From NCBI GenBank assembly GCA_951804945.1, contig OX638156.1:50716001-50780000 (forward strand): a stretch of DNA of 64,000 bases, read 5' to 3'. Every line of letters starts with the position of its first letter. The first letter of the stretch is position 1. The notes under the pieces were generated by a model that searched no databases, was not told the DNA's origin, and saw only the letters and a list, made by a program, of their open reading frames with translations. Positions 17,800 to 31,500 of this stretch are shown in pieces. The stretch comes from Podarcis cretensis. Its lineage: Eukaryota. A program made the translations under genes and the position numbers.

Positions 17800-19595
17800 A
17801 TATACAACATAAAGGTTACAGTCGCCCTTAAGTCACATTTCCATTGTAATGTACAATACTATACAGTTAGCATGTAACTCAAGGGTTGGAGGGTGTCCAT
17901 GTATTCTCTAGAGAGAGCACATTCCTTTGCTTGTGAAGACCATAAACTGCCCACACCACCACTTGTTTTATCTGGATTTGGTAACCTGGAGACTCCCAAC
18001 ATTTGAAATTAAAAACTCAGAAAAAAAAGAATTTGTTCTTGTATAAATACCATTTACAAAGAATACAAAAATAACGTCAGTTGTACATTTTGGATTGATT
18101 GTGGCAGTGTTACTGGCTGTGCCTCAATACCCAAGGTTAGATTCTTTCAAACAGTGTGCACACAAACACAAGCACAAACAGACCTTACACGGGATAAACA
18201 CAAACATTTATTTGTAGTGGTTTCTGTGCAGATTTCTTGAAGAGATCTTTCAAGAAGTCTCATCTTTGGCACTTGGGGCCTTAAAGTTGCATTTGCCCAA
18301 ACTGTAAACTCCTGACTGATGTCTATAGCAGAAGGGGAAAGCCCAAAACAGGAAAACCCCAGCTGCAGAACAAAGGAAACAAGACAATGGGGATGGGGGT
18401 TGTTTGCTGATGGGGGAATAAAATTGCCATCAAAAAATAATACTTTTGCAAGAATCAGGAACCACCATTCTTTTGCACAAACACAATCTAGTCACTGGGA
18501 TGGCAAAGTGCAACTCCACAGGGAATTTGATCGTTTGTTCCATGCCCCAATGCTGAAGTGTCAGGAGCAAATGAGGTCCAGGCAATGAATGCAAAGGTTG
18601 TACAGACCAAACACCTGTCGTTTTATCGCCACTGCTCAGTGTCCAGATCACAGAAGTGGTTAGCATGGCCCCCACCCCAGCTATGGGAACTATGCCTGGT
18701 ATGAAAAAAAAGCACAGAGTGCTATACAACTTTTAGGGAAAGTGCTATTAAAAAGGAAGTGTTCAGAGTGGGAACTGCAGGACTACCTGGGCTTTTAATA
18801 ATTTTGTTTTTAAAAGCCCATCTTGGTGTGTTTTTTGTAAGGTCACCTTTCACTGTGATACCAAAGCACCATTTTAAAAAGTTCTGTTAAGGCCAGCCAG
18901 AGTATCTTCTGTTTATGACTGTGTGTGTTTGGAAACCCCAGACACACATAGCAGCATCTGGTGCTGTCCTGCATCCCACAACAGTCATGGTGCAGCTTTT
19001 GGTGCAAAACACAAGTGTTGGCAACCACCAGAATCACACTGAATGAAAACTGGGATACCCAAGTGCATTCCAAAGGTCAGAGTACAAGAGATTAAGAAGC
19101 CATTTCTGCTCAGAGCGTGCCACTAACCCCAAGTACAGCTTTGGTTGCCTAATGCATATGTGAATGTGCAGGAAATTGTCTTGTGATAATGCCATGAATG
19201 GAAGTGAAGTCAGTATTTGTGAGGTGGTGAGACACACTCTCCAATGGAGGTAACTTGTTTGGGACAAATAAAAAGCTGGTTTTCATTGCATTCAATGGTT
19301 TCTATGTAAGCCGGAAACAATTCCTCTTAAAATTGAGCAGCTAAACTATTAAATAAGGAGAGAGGCCTAATATGCTTGTTTGAGTGAATTTCAAACATAC
19401 AGAAATGAATGCTTCGGTGTCTGTTCTACCACAACCCAACTGCTATTCTCACACCTATGCAAGAACTACGGTTGTCATCTCCCCACATTGTTGCATTGCC
19501 CTTAGGCTGGCACCAAAGGTGAGCTCCGTGAAATCTACTTCCCCGCTCCAGCCAACTGGAACAACTGTCAGACAGCCCTTGCTAATGTCGGGATA

Positions 19596-19861
19596 AAGGT
19601 AAAGGTAAAGGGACCCCTGACCATTAGGTCCAGTCGTGGCCAACTCTGGGGTTGCGGCGCTCATCTCGCTTTATTGGCCGAGGGAGCCAGTGTACAGCTT
19701 CCGGGTCATGTGGCCAGCATGACTAAGCCGCTTCTGGCAAACCAGAGCAGCGCACGGACCAAGCAAGGGGAGCTCACCCCGTCGCAGGGATTCGAACTGC
19801 GACCTTCTGATCGGCAAGCCCTAGGCTCTGTGGATTAACCCACAGCGCCACCTGCATCACC
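19596..19861 (-). mobile_element. Sauria SINE (Squam1-type) with internal deletion and 10-bp TSD
   Basis: Head ggtggcgctgtgggttaa...gttcgaatccc, tail ggtcaggggtccctttacctttaccttt; tgtcgggata duplicated at 19586-19595 and 19862-19871. Confidence 0.9.
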
Positions 19862-20018
19862 TGTCGGGATACATACTTTTAATTTTTCACAAGCACAGGC
19901 AATAACTGCACTCCGACTGATTTGCTGCCCATAATGACACAAGAGAGGAGCCTTGAAAGTGACCCAAACCCTGCCCCCTGCTTGCAACTAAATTCCAGCA
20001 CACATGCACACTCTAAAC

Positions 20019-20179
20019 CAGTGGTTCCCAGTTAGCTAAGTACTGTGGGCTCCCTGTTTTTCAAAAGCCAAGCCATGGCCCCTCTAATTGTGAATTTTTT
20101 GTTAGCTCTACAGCAGCTTACATTATGTGAATGGTGCCACGGACTCCCTGGGTGGGTTACCACCAATTGGGAACCATGG
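20019..20179. mobile_element. Non-autonomous hAT (Charlie-like) MITE
   Basis: TIRs CAGTGGTTCCCA / TGGGAACCATGG with perfect 8-bp TSD ctctaaac (20011-20018, 20180-20187). Confidence 0.85.
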
Positions 20180-20873
20180 CTCTAAACAAATACGTTCTTT
20201 TCTACTGTTCTGTGGGACCATAAGTGACAAAAGAACAGGTGTCTGCTTAATTATAAAGCTCTGTTAAGCTGTGACTAGCTTTGAGACATCATCAGAATAA
20301 AAGTGCACAGGCCTAAGAGGATTTAGGGAGGGACTGAAGTCCTCATCTGTAGCCCCTTTCCAATGTCTCTAAGGCCCACCTCCCGCAACACTAGACCACA
20401 CTTCCCTTTCCTTTCTACCACAGCACATCTTTCAGAATTCTGCCAAAACACCAAGTCTGCAACTCTACATATTCGGTTGGGACTTTCGCAGGCAGAAGCC
20501 ACCTTGCTGGGAATAAGCACTCTTTATACAAGAGCCACCACACACACACAACCTTTTATCAGATACTCCTCCCAGTCAGTCCCTCCGAAACCTGAGGATG
20601 CTACCGCCTCAGAGGAACCGCAACTCACAGAAGCACCTGGCCCCCTTCTTGCAAAATTTGGTCCATGGCCAGCTGCTAAGCCAAGCATGACTTGTGTCTT
20701 TTAGGCATTGCCCCATGGCTAAATGAGCTTTTTTGGAGCACACACACACACTCCCTATCTCTCTTTTACTTGTCTCCTAAAGCCTCAGACTCAAGCATTC
20801 TCAGGGGCCTGTATTATGAACAGGGAAAATGGTTTTCTCCTCTCTCTTCCCTGTCCTGCTCCACCACCTAGGG

Positions 20874-21000
20874 GAGTGGTTCCCAATTAGCTAAGTACTG
20901 CAGACTCCTTGTTTTTCAAAAACCAAGCCATGGACCCCCTACTTTTGGAAATTTTGATATCTCTATGGCAGCTTTAGTTATGAGAATTGGGAACCGCTGG
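20874..21000. mobile_element. Second, shorter copy of the same hAT MITE
   Basis: agtggttcccaattagctaagtactg...aattgggaaccgctg, homologous to 20019-20179. Confidence 0.75.
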
Positions 21001-22500
21001 TTTAGGGCTTTGGTAAAAGGCTTCTATGTTATCAAACAGGGCAAATGGACCACCATTCTGATCTCCTAGGTAATCACTGCAATCCTTGAGGCTAAGCCCC
21101 ACTCTGTTAAGGATGCATGCGGCTCTACTGTGCCCTCTTCCCCACCAACCTCTATCCTTGACCCCAGTGCTTCTCCCCACCCCTGCAATGGGCTTGTGGT
21201 ATGAGGGGTGCCCAGCTGGGTTTGCTGGGAAGAGCTGCATGTTCCGCAGTTCCATCAATTGAAAAATAAAGTTCCTGGCCTTTATGGCAGCAAAGATCAG
21301 GGTGTGACCATCACATGGTAGAGTTTTGCAAAAACCACAAATGGGGCCGAATAGTGCTTCCTTTCATAAGGCTATTATGTTCTGTTTCACACTGTCATGA
21401 ATTCCTTCTTCCCCGAGAAGTAGTAGTAAGGTGGACAGGAATGAGGAGAAAGGGACACTCGTTTCATAAGGGGGAAAGGGGGGAGCATCACCCTCACCAC
21501 AGACTTCTTTGCTCAGCTTTGGTTTATAAACTGCTGCTGCTCCTCCTCCTGTTGAGGGGTTAGCTGTTTCCCATTACCACCGTCTTGATCTGCACCACAG
21601 CCCTGGGGGGCGAAGGCATTCCAGATTTCACAGCACCCAAACCCCGCCCCACCCGCGCAGAGGAACACAGTGCTCTCAGCTTAGCTCAAAAATGTCACTG
21701 TTTGGCCTGAGCAGGGAACCTAGAACTAAGTAAAGCCGGCCTCCTTTACTGCTCCAGGCCTTCAGAGTCTTGTGGCTCTGAAGTGCATATGCTTCAGTTC
21801 TTCAATCTGAGCCGAGCCCTGCAGCATCCCAACTGCCAGAACGAAAGGACCAGGGGAGCTCGCATTTCCAGCCCGGCTCTTGAGACCCCCTGCAGAGGAT
21901 GCAAGCTCCCCCCAAGCTACAAGGCGGGGTTGCCCGACAAGACAGCATTTCCGGCCCAACCAGGCAAACAGCCCAGGGTCCAGCTTGCCACTGCTGCCAT
22001 GACTGCTCTCCTCTTTCCTTCCTCCACCAAAAGGCACAAGTGGTATAAGGGATATGGGAGAAATGGCTTTGTAATGCCCCAGGTCAGGAGCTGCTCTATT
22101 GGCCTGGCAGGACCGCCTCTCATCTCACCTGCCTTTTGTACAGGGCATGATCCTGAATGGCAAGGTGCCAAGACGACGGTGGGGTTTTCAGAGCAATGCC
22201 GAACTCGAGGCAGGCAAGGGGATTGACATGCAGCCTCCCTGGCCGCCTTATCCCCCCCCCATCTTACTCCTTTGGCTGCCTTTCCATCCTTCAGCTGCTT
22301 CTCTCCTAGGAAGGCAGTTCATGCAAGAGCTGCAGCATCCAGCCGAAGCTCATCCAGTGGCCTTGTGTCTATAATGCAGCTGCCAATCACAAGTCTTGGT
22401 CAAGGCACTGATGCTGGAGAACATCGCAGAGGCAGGACTCGGTGCTGCTACTGCTGTGGTTCGCTGACACTGCCATGCCACCAAGGCCCCTTGGCTCCTC

Positions 22501-22593
22501 CTACACGAGCAGCCCCAGGCGAGTCACTTTGGCCGACAAGAACGTGTGCAACACAAACACAATGGGTTTGGGGCAGGAGTGCAGCTCCAGAGT
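22501..22593 (-). CDS. SNTB2: SNTB2 exon 7 (coding part)
   Basis: [30 protein letters not shown]. Confidence 0.96.
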   Translation of the reverse strand, partial: TLELHSCPKPIVFVLHTFLSAKVTRLGLLV

Positions 22594-25500
22594 CTGGGGG
22601 AGAAGCAGCACACAATGAGGTCACTACTTTGCACATGAGATAAGGTGAACACATGTTTTTTAATTGCAAGTTTTTATTATTTTTCTATTAATATTAATTA
22701 CTATTAATATTAATAGAAAACTTAATAGAAAATAGTAATTAGTATTAATTACTAATTAATATTAATGAAATATTACTCTTTCATCTATTAATCATTTCCC
22801 ATGAAGCCACCCCCAGCAATTTATTATATGATTTAAAAATTACTTAAAATTGCTGCATATACAAGAGCATATAAAACACGTTTTAATAGGTTTTTTCCCT
22901 ATTTTGTACTTATAAAAAATAATTTTATTTTTTTAAAGGAACCTTGAAGTACATAGATCCAGCCCATTTAAATCCTCTGCCCTTACACCAGCTGTGGCCC
23001 AGGCCCTCTACTCACCAGTTCCCCTTCCGGTCCCCCAAAATCCAAGTAGAGGTTCCTGATGCCATCATCCGCAGACATTCTTAGCCTCTCGAAAGGGTAT
23101 CGGAAAAGGACACTGGCAGAGCCTGCCTCTTCCTTGGAAATAATGAAGCCGTTTTCATAGTGGATGATGAGGCGGACCTCCTGGGCATTCAGGACACACC
23201 CTAGAACATGAAAACGCAAATTGTCATTGGACACAGGCTGGCACATGTCCTTCCAGGTCAAGTTGCCTCCCCAACACACACACAGAGCGGAGCAGAGTTT
23301 CCCCCTTATGTCCTTCCATCAGAGCCAGCAATGATGTTCAGCTAGACAGTGGCAGAAGACAGCTTGCTTGTCTTGGTCTGGGTCACCCAGGTTCTGATTT
23401 TATCCCATTCTATATGCTTTTAGGGTGGTAAGTCACTTGGAGACTTCTTAATATGTCAAGAGACTAATAAACCAAATTGAATAAATAATAAAATTCTTTT
23501 GCCATCAAGCTCACCAATTCCCATTCATGATAGATCCCTTGAATTTTTGTTTCTTGCTCTTACAAAGTTGTTCTATTGGTTTTAGGGTGCATTTTTGTTT
23601 TAATGATGCTGTTTGTTTGTTTTAAATACTAAGCTGTTGATAAATGCTAATAAACAAATAAATTACATGCATACTAAACCACCCCAAACATAGTGTGGAC
23701 CTTCTTACTAACCCTGGGGTGGGGATCTGAGGACCCTTCAATTGTTGCTGGACTACAGCAGCTCTCTTCAGCCTTGACCAGGCTGGCTGATGGGAATCAG
23801 AAGGCCAACATCTGGAAGGCCACAGGTGTTCCCCTGTCTGTTACATACTTTGCAAAAATGAAGGCCAGAAATGATGCATGTCAAAACTGCTAAGTGGCAT
23901 TTCACAACTGATGAGGGTCACAGACCACTTGCTGCAAGCCAACAAATGCCTGAACTGCGCAAGTTGTGTCTGGCAGCAAATATTGCAGCTAGGTCAGCCA
24001 TGTGCTCCTAAAAGCAGTTACCTCTGAAGTTCCACTTGCCTCACTGACACAAAATCAGATAATGTTGGCCAACTATCACCAACCGGGTGCCCTTCAAAAG
24101 TTTTGGACTGTGATTCACGTCAACCTGGCTCATAGAAGACTCCTCATATTCCTGTGCAGAATGGGTGCTGTTCTCTTACAAACTCTAGAGGGAGCTAGAG
24201 ACCTGGGAATCAGCTCTGAGAGCCTTCTAAACAAAACCAGAGAAACCAAGAGCCCAAAGAGTTCCCTGGGATCTTCCTCCTTCAACAGCTTGCAGCGCCA
24301 AAGCCTGGCTTTTCAAAGTGTTCTGAGACAATGCTTATGCAGGCCTGAGCTATATGACACCTCTTTCCTCTGTTCTGAAAGCATCAGGAACAAAAGCTCC
24401 TCTCTCCCAGGTGCTCGGCTCCCTCCCAGCATATAGAGTTACAGGCGTCTTCATCTTGCATAAGTGGGGTTGAGCCAAGGCATTTTCAAAGGCTCAGACT
24501 AGCTTACCTGACAGCAGAGGATTACATACACACCTTGCTCCCCCCCCCAAATATTCTGAGATCATCCAGACTTCTACCAAGCAACCAGTGCAACCATCAG
24601 CCTTCATCAACGCAAACAGCTGTACTCTCCTCTCACTAACCACAATGGCTCTGTTCTCCCACCAGCTGCAGGACGCCTCTGCGTACCATTTGCTGGAATC
24701 ATGAGTTGGGAGAGCACTGCTATTGCACTCAGGTCCAGCTTCCTTTTAGGCATCCTGGCTGGGTACTGTGAGAACAGAACCTTAGATTAAATGTGCCTTT
24801 GGGTAGCTCTTACTGGCACCAACACCCAAATGATCACATTTCAGCCTGGCTTGAGCATTTAAGTTTTGCCTAGGAAAATGCACCCTTCAAGAGCAAAAGA
24901 ATCATTCTCTTCTCCTGTTGAGCTTGGAAGACAAACACTGCAAGGCCTGGGTTCCCCAGCTGCTCAAGGCAGCGAATGGGCCAAGCCTCCACCCTGCCCA
25001 GCAGCTCAGGCAAGAATCCCAAACCAGGCTTCAGAGAGGCAGGGCTGCTGGCCACTTACCTAAAGACACCTCCTTGACCAGCTCTGCAGCAGCATGGCAG
25101 CCTTGCACCAGGATTCTGGTCCAGGAGGAGAGGTCCCGATGAGTCTCCACGCGGAAGATGTGCATGGCAATGCCCTGGCGGCAGCCCGTCCGCGTGGCAA
25201 AGCTGAGGTCCGATCCCATGCAGGGTGATCTGCGGCCTGAGCCAGAATGCACTAGCCTGCAGGAGGAGGGGGGGTTGGTCAAAAGAGCAAGCAGCAACCA
25301 CACCTGTGAAACTCCTCCCCCCCCCTAAAAACCTGGAAAGCCATCCAGAAATCCACCTGACAGACTCAACAAGTGGCTGCAAACCTGGCACAGGAGAGAT
25401 ACCCCTACAGTTCCTGAATGTGGGGGGGTGGGAAAAGGCCGGTTCTGAAGCTGCAGGGTCTGAGGCCTGAGAATCTCTCTCCAACAAGTTTTGGCTGGAG

Positions 25501-28500
25501 GGATGGTTTGGGAGGGACCCTAATTGAATCCAGCTGCTGCATGCTGCCAGAAACCTCTGCCAGCAGCCACACCTCTTGGGGGCTTGCAGGGGAGGCTTCC
25601 AACGGGTGGCGGGAATACAACTAGCTTGGCGGCAGCAGCTGCCAGGGCAGGCAATGTGGCAGGAGCCTGCCCAGACAGGGAGAGCCTCTTGCAAGTTGTC
25701 AGCCCACCCACCCCTAACTCTCCAGCAAGATCACAGAGCTGCCAAGTTTTTGTCTCAGCCAGCCCACCCCCGATGGCAAAAAGCCAAGCATGGTAGGGAC
25801 AAGCCAACTCTCTCCTCAGATCTCTCCCACCCCCCACCATCACCCTTGGTATGCACACACAGCTTGGGCTCACACTCAGGGTGGTATCAACATGATCCAT
25901 TAATTTCAATGGGTCACACTTTGTTGACTACCATCCTTGGACTTCATATGTCAGTCAGTTTGTTGATTTGTTTGCAAGGCTGTCTTAATCTGCACTTTCC
26001 CTGGCATCCGGTCTGAAGGGCATCTCTGTTCACAGATTGGCAGTCTCCACACTCTTCCTCTTGCAGAGTCACCTGTTTGCTCCCTTACCTGGTGGCAACA
26101 AGCGGGTAGCTGTGGCACGGGGAGGCCCAGGCATCTCTTGTCCATGGCATGCAGTCATAGAGCAGCAAGTCCTTCTCCGTCACGGCCAAGAGAGCTGGCC
26201 GCCACTGCTGCCGGCCTCCATCCAGCCGGGCCTATGGGAAGACAAGAGGGAAAGGGGGCGGGTTGTTGGCAGTCCATCTCCATGAGCAAAGCAAGCAAGG
26301 ATTTGGGGTAAGAACATAAGGGGTGGAGAACACACCCTTCTGAAGGGACCTGCCAGGAAGAACAGAGTGCAGGAGGGAGGTGACTGGCCTTGCAAGCCTA
26401 TGAGGAGCTGTAGAGACAGGAATATTTTGTTCCCACCCCAAGGCCGGATCTGGATCCTGAAAGTCACTCTCCCACACGGCTCTCAGGCTTTGAGCACACA
26501 GGAGCCTTTTAATCAAAGCTCTGCTCCCTTTTTTCCCCTTTTACTCCACAATAAGGAAATGAATTGCAATCCTGTGTCAAACGTATCTTGCAACACAGGG
26601 AGCTGCCTTCTGCAGAGTCAGACCCTTGGGTCCATCTAGCTCAGTACTGCCTGGCAGCAGTGCCTCCTCTGAGTTTCAGGCAGGGAGTCTCTCTCGGTCC
26701 TATCTGGAAATGCCATCGGGGATGGAACCTGGGACATTCGGCATGCAACGCTGATGGGGTGGGGCTCCTTTTACTCACATTTCCTCCCTGCCCCAATCTT
26801 TCAGGCACTTCAAAGCTGGCAAATAGAAGGCACAGGAAGTGGAGGGTACCCTTGGTGTTTGCATGTGTTCCATACCACCACCACCCCAAGCTATTTCTTG
26901 TGCTATGGGACAGAAGACCAAGAACTGGAGCTGCTGTGCTAGGAACTGCCAGTTGCTGCTAGCAGAATGCAAGGCAGCCACAGAGCCAGGATTTCACCCT
27001 GCAGCACCCAAGTACCAGCCTACCCCCTCCTCCAGTCTAGGCTCCTATTTCTCTCTCACTGCCTGCCAGGCTCTCCTGCACCTTCCACGGCACAGGTCAG
27101 ACGTATCCCAGGAAACAAGCAACAGGTCTCACTTCACTGCAAGGCAAGGCTGGGCCCTGCATGTTGCCCTTGGCAGGGAGCCATGCCTGGTTGGACAGGA
27201 AGCTGGGGCTGTTGCTGCCTCTACCTAGGTGCGGGAATCCAGCCCTATAGAAAGGCTAGATCCCAAGATGCTGACAGCAGATTCCTTCTGCAGGGTTCAA
27301 GGCAGCAGTGGAAATAATGGGAAGGATGAAAGCTACCACAAACCACCCTCCGCCCTGCACAACAATAACTTGAAGGACACGATTCTGCACGTGCAAAACA
27401 CATTTAAAGCTCCATCTGCAGTAAAAGAAGAGTGTGTTGTTGTGGCATCAGATTATCCAAGCAACTGCTTACTTTGTTGACTGAAGGTGGTGGATGCGAG
27501 CACAAAAAATAGGGCTGGGGCGGCTCAAAACCAAGAGGAAGACCCAAAGGGGAAGCCGTGCTAACTAGTTGCAGCAAAACACCTAGAGTCTAGTGACACC
27601 TTAAAACAGCTTTCCCCAGCCTGGTGCCTTCCAGATAGTTGGGGTGACAACTCCCATCAGCCCCAGGCCAGCAGGGCCATATGACCCCGGGGCTGATGGG
27701 AGGTGGAGCCCAAAATTGACATGCAGGCTGAGGCTCATGAGAGCCACCAAGCCAGCAAAGGCTGTCCCAGAGGGTCTGAGGGGCCAGGGCAGCGCTGGGC
27801 CCACCTACTCTGCAAAGGGCAGAGACAGACGGGTCCCCCCCACCCGGTCTCCTCCCCCATGGGTTAACAAGCCTAAGTGGGGAAACAAGGCAGCAGAAAC
27901 AGACTAGAGCAAGGTGTGCAAATGTAACAATACTGAGACAAAGTGCCCAGAGCACAGCAGCTCCCAGGCTCCTTTCAGCCTTGAAATGATACATCCAACA
28001 GCGTGAATACAGAGCAGGGATTTTCCCACCAATGGCAGAGCCTCTTCTGAGCATCCCACCCTCCACCCGATGCATTTGTCAAGTTCACTGCAGGAGGAAG
28101 CTCAGCCAAGGACTTCTGTGCTGGGCTGGGCAGAGAGGAGAAGACTGTTCTCCCCTCACAAGCACCATGGGCAGGAGGAGGTACCAGAGATTACATGTCC
28201 CCTCTCCAGTCACCAGCTGACATCTCTCCTAAAAGGTGGGAGGGAAGCAAGATAGGTTGGCCACTGTGAGACCATGATGCTGAACTAGATGGGTCACTGG
28301 CCTGATCCAGCATGCTCTTCTTATGTTCAGGCCATCAATAACGCCCCACCGCAATCCCAAAGAGCTTTTGAACCTCCACTGCACAGAGCTTCCAGTCTCC
28401 TGGCCCACCTGTTCTGCCAACCACGCGATGTGCTTGACTTCCTTGCTGCTCCCCGGCGTGTTGCTGGCGGCCAGCATGGCGTTGAGCTCAGCCAGGACTT

Positions 28501-31500
28501 GCGGGAGGAGAGCCATGATGTTGGTGTGGATGGCCATGAACCAGGAGTGCGCCGTGGCCGTGTCCTTGCAGCGGAGGATCAGGGTGTTCCGGCTGTCAGG
28601 CGAGTGCAACTCTATCAACCTGCGCAGGGAAGGAAGGAAGGAAGGGCAGGATGAACTTAGTGGGGAGGCTGCCAGAAGAAATGGTCTGGACTGCCAAGTG
28701 CCTGCAGGAATCTGACTTCTACCAAATGCCACCACTGGTCCATCTATCTCAGTACCACTTATGCTGGTAGTAGCAATGGTCTTCCAGGGTTTCAGGACAG
28801 GGAGTCCTTCCTTCTCAGCCCTGCCTGGAGATGCCAGGGATTGAACCTGCAACCTTCTGTATGCACATCATAAGCTCTGCCACTGATCTCCAGCTCCTTC
28901 CCCAAAGAGGACCCATCCTCACAGGAGAGCTGAGCAATTGGAGTCAGCACAGAATCAATGGTTAAGTAGTCAAGGGACCAAATGCAGCCCTCTAGGCCTC
29001 TGCACCTGGCTCTCAAAACCCTCCCCTGGCCAGGCCTCTCATTGCCCCTTCTTCACTGCGTCCTCAAGAGCACTTGCCTGGCCAGAAATGTGTCCTTGAA
29101 CCGTGGGGATGCCTCTTTCTTGCCCAGAGCTAGATAGGGGTGTGCATGTGTGTGCGTGCAGAAAGGAGCCTACTACAAAAAAGCAACACTTGCATTTCTT
29201 GCTCTCCCCACGTCTGCCTCTGGTTTTGCCCACCACTGCCAATTGGCCCTCAGAAGGTTGCTCAAGAGGGAATGCGGCCCTTGGGCTAAAAAGGGTTCCC
29301 TACTCCTGAGTTAGTCTTTCTCCCACTTTTATTAGGAAAAGGGTCTGCAACGCATTTGCTCATGATTTCTAAAGGGTGTCTAAAGCAACAGTCCCAGTTA
29401 GGAGGCGGCAGCAGTAAGGCCTCAACTACCAGTCCTGCAGGGGGCAGAATTAGGTGGAGCGTGGCCTTGAGCACTGTGCTGGCTCTTCTTGAGGGCAACG
29501 ATCGTGCCCAGGCCCATCCCTGGCTACACTCACAAATACCACCAAAGAGCATGGGGACCTGGCATCCAGCCTGCCCTCCACCACCAGAAAGTGACAGCAA
29601 CCTTGCTGCTTGCTCTACCCACCTCTTGGCAGATGGGGAAGCTGCAGCCAGAGCCTTTAATGGCAGCCTCCACCCTCCAGCAGACCCACCTCTTGGCTGC
29701 TAAAGCTAAATGGAGAAGGCAGGAATTCATGAGCCAGGTTTATTCACTTAACTGCTGCTTCCTTCTTCCCCTAGCATTTGGTGTTCTGGGGCATTGGGGC
29801 TGTATAAAAGCCTTCTGCATGGGCTACTTCTCCCTGAATGAGTGGCTGCTGCTGGGCTATGTAATTGATTTTACACTTTGTACACAAATAGGAGGAGGCG
29901 ATAGCTTGTCTGACCCGATGGGACTTGCAGCAACCTGCAAAGAGAACTCTGTTCACTCCTCCCTCTGGCCAGGTAAGCTCCAAAGGAGAAGCTACTTTTG
30001 GCTCAGGCTGCAGAACATGCTTCTCGCAAACAGTTGCTTCTGGGTGACTGCCTGCCTCCCCCACTCGGAACATAGGAGGGATTTCGACTGGACCAAACCA
30101 TCTCCCAGAGTCACTGCTTAGGAAAAACATGAAGTGCGAAACACACAAGAAAAAGGCGACAAGACATAGCAAAGTCCACTTTCCCTGCATGGCCTCCAGA
30201 GATGTATCAGCTGCTGCATACTTCTCAATCTGCCAAGGGAAGGTGTTAAGACAGCACTGCAGCACTTTGAGGAGGAACATGCTACAAGGCGGGCAGTTTG
30301 AGGGACTTAATCCCAGCCACGTGGTCCAACTGCCACTATGGATCCATCAAGCATTATGACTGCCCAAGGAAAGCCAAACACTGCATCCATGTGGCAAGTG
30401 AAATTTTTGCACTTCCATTAGGGGAATTTAGGATGTGCCACCTGAAATGCATGGCGAACAGCAGGAATCAAGGAGCAAAAATGGTCAAAACCGTTTGGGG
30501 GAATTTGTACTATCTAGGAGCCAAAAGCCTAGCACCAACCTTCTTCAACCTATTAAGAGATCTGATAAGCCAAACTGGAAATGCTGCAAAATCGACTCTG
30601 CTCTCCAGATCACTGGCAAAGGCTGCAGCTGCTTCTCCAGCCCAGTTGGAGGCCCTGGCCTGCTTCCCCCATCCTCGTGTCAAGCTAACCTCCTGGGGAA
30701 ACAGATTTTGCTTGCTGCACCCCAGCTCTACCCACAATAATTTCACTCCTGTTTGGGTTGATTGGATAAGGGCAAACACAGCAGAAAGGTAAACTCTTCC
30801 CCTGGGATTATTTTGCTAATCCGCCAACAAGGTTGCAAAAGACTCTCTCTGCTCTCTGAGCGATCTCTCCAGACCAAGTTTGGGGGGGGGGCAGGGAAGA
30901 TGAGAGGGGCAATCTAGATGGTTCAAGATAGATAATTGACTCTCCCCCCCCCCAAGGAAGAATAGCCACCCATCACAACAGGAACAGTTGGCAGCTTGTG
31001 CGACAGGCATGCAATTGAGTGCTTTCGTTTATAAGCAACAAACATTTTGCCTTTCAAGTGAAGACCAAAGGTCTGCAGTTAGAAAGGCAGGTAAAGCCCC
31101 AGTCAGGCACCAGAGAGGAGCTGAGTAGGACTTGCCACAACCAGGGACTTGGGCTGCAGCCCCCAACTCTGCCTCCCTACCTGCCACACACACCATAGCT
31201 GACCGAAGCAGAGGATTCTGCATTGCATATTCATTCCGAAATGAATCACTGATTCAGCTCACAGAATCCAGCCCTTTTTTGGTGCAGAAAACGCAACCTT
31301 GCCTCTGCAGCCTTGCAGTTTCATCTGCTTTGCTGTGCATACCTCTAGAGGAGTGAAGATCAGAGTAGGGAAGCTACAGAGGCAGTGGGAAAACAAACTC
31401 CCCCAGCAGCCAGCACAGCCAGTGGTCAGGGATGATGGGAGCACCAGCCCACCAGCACTAGGAGGAAGGTCGCAGCCTCTCTCTAACCCTGAGCTTAAAG

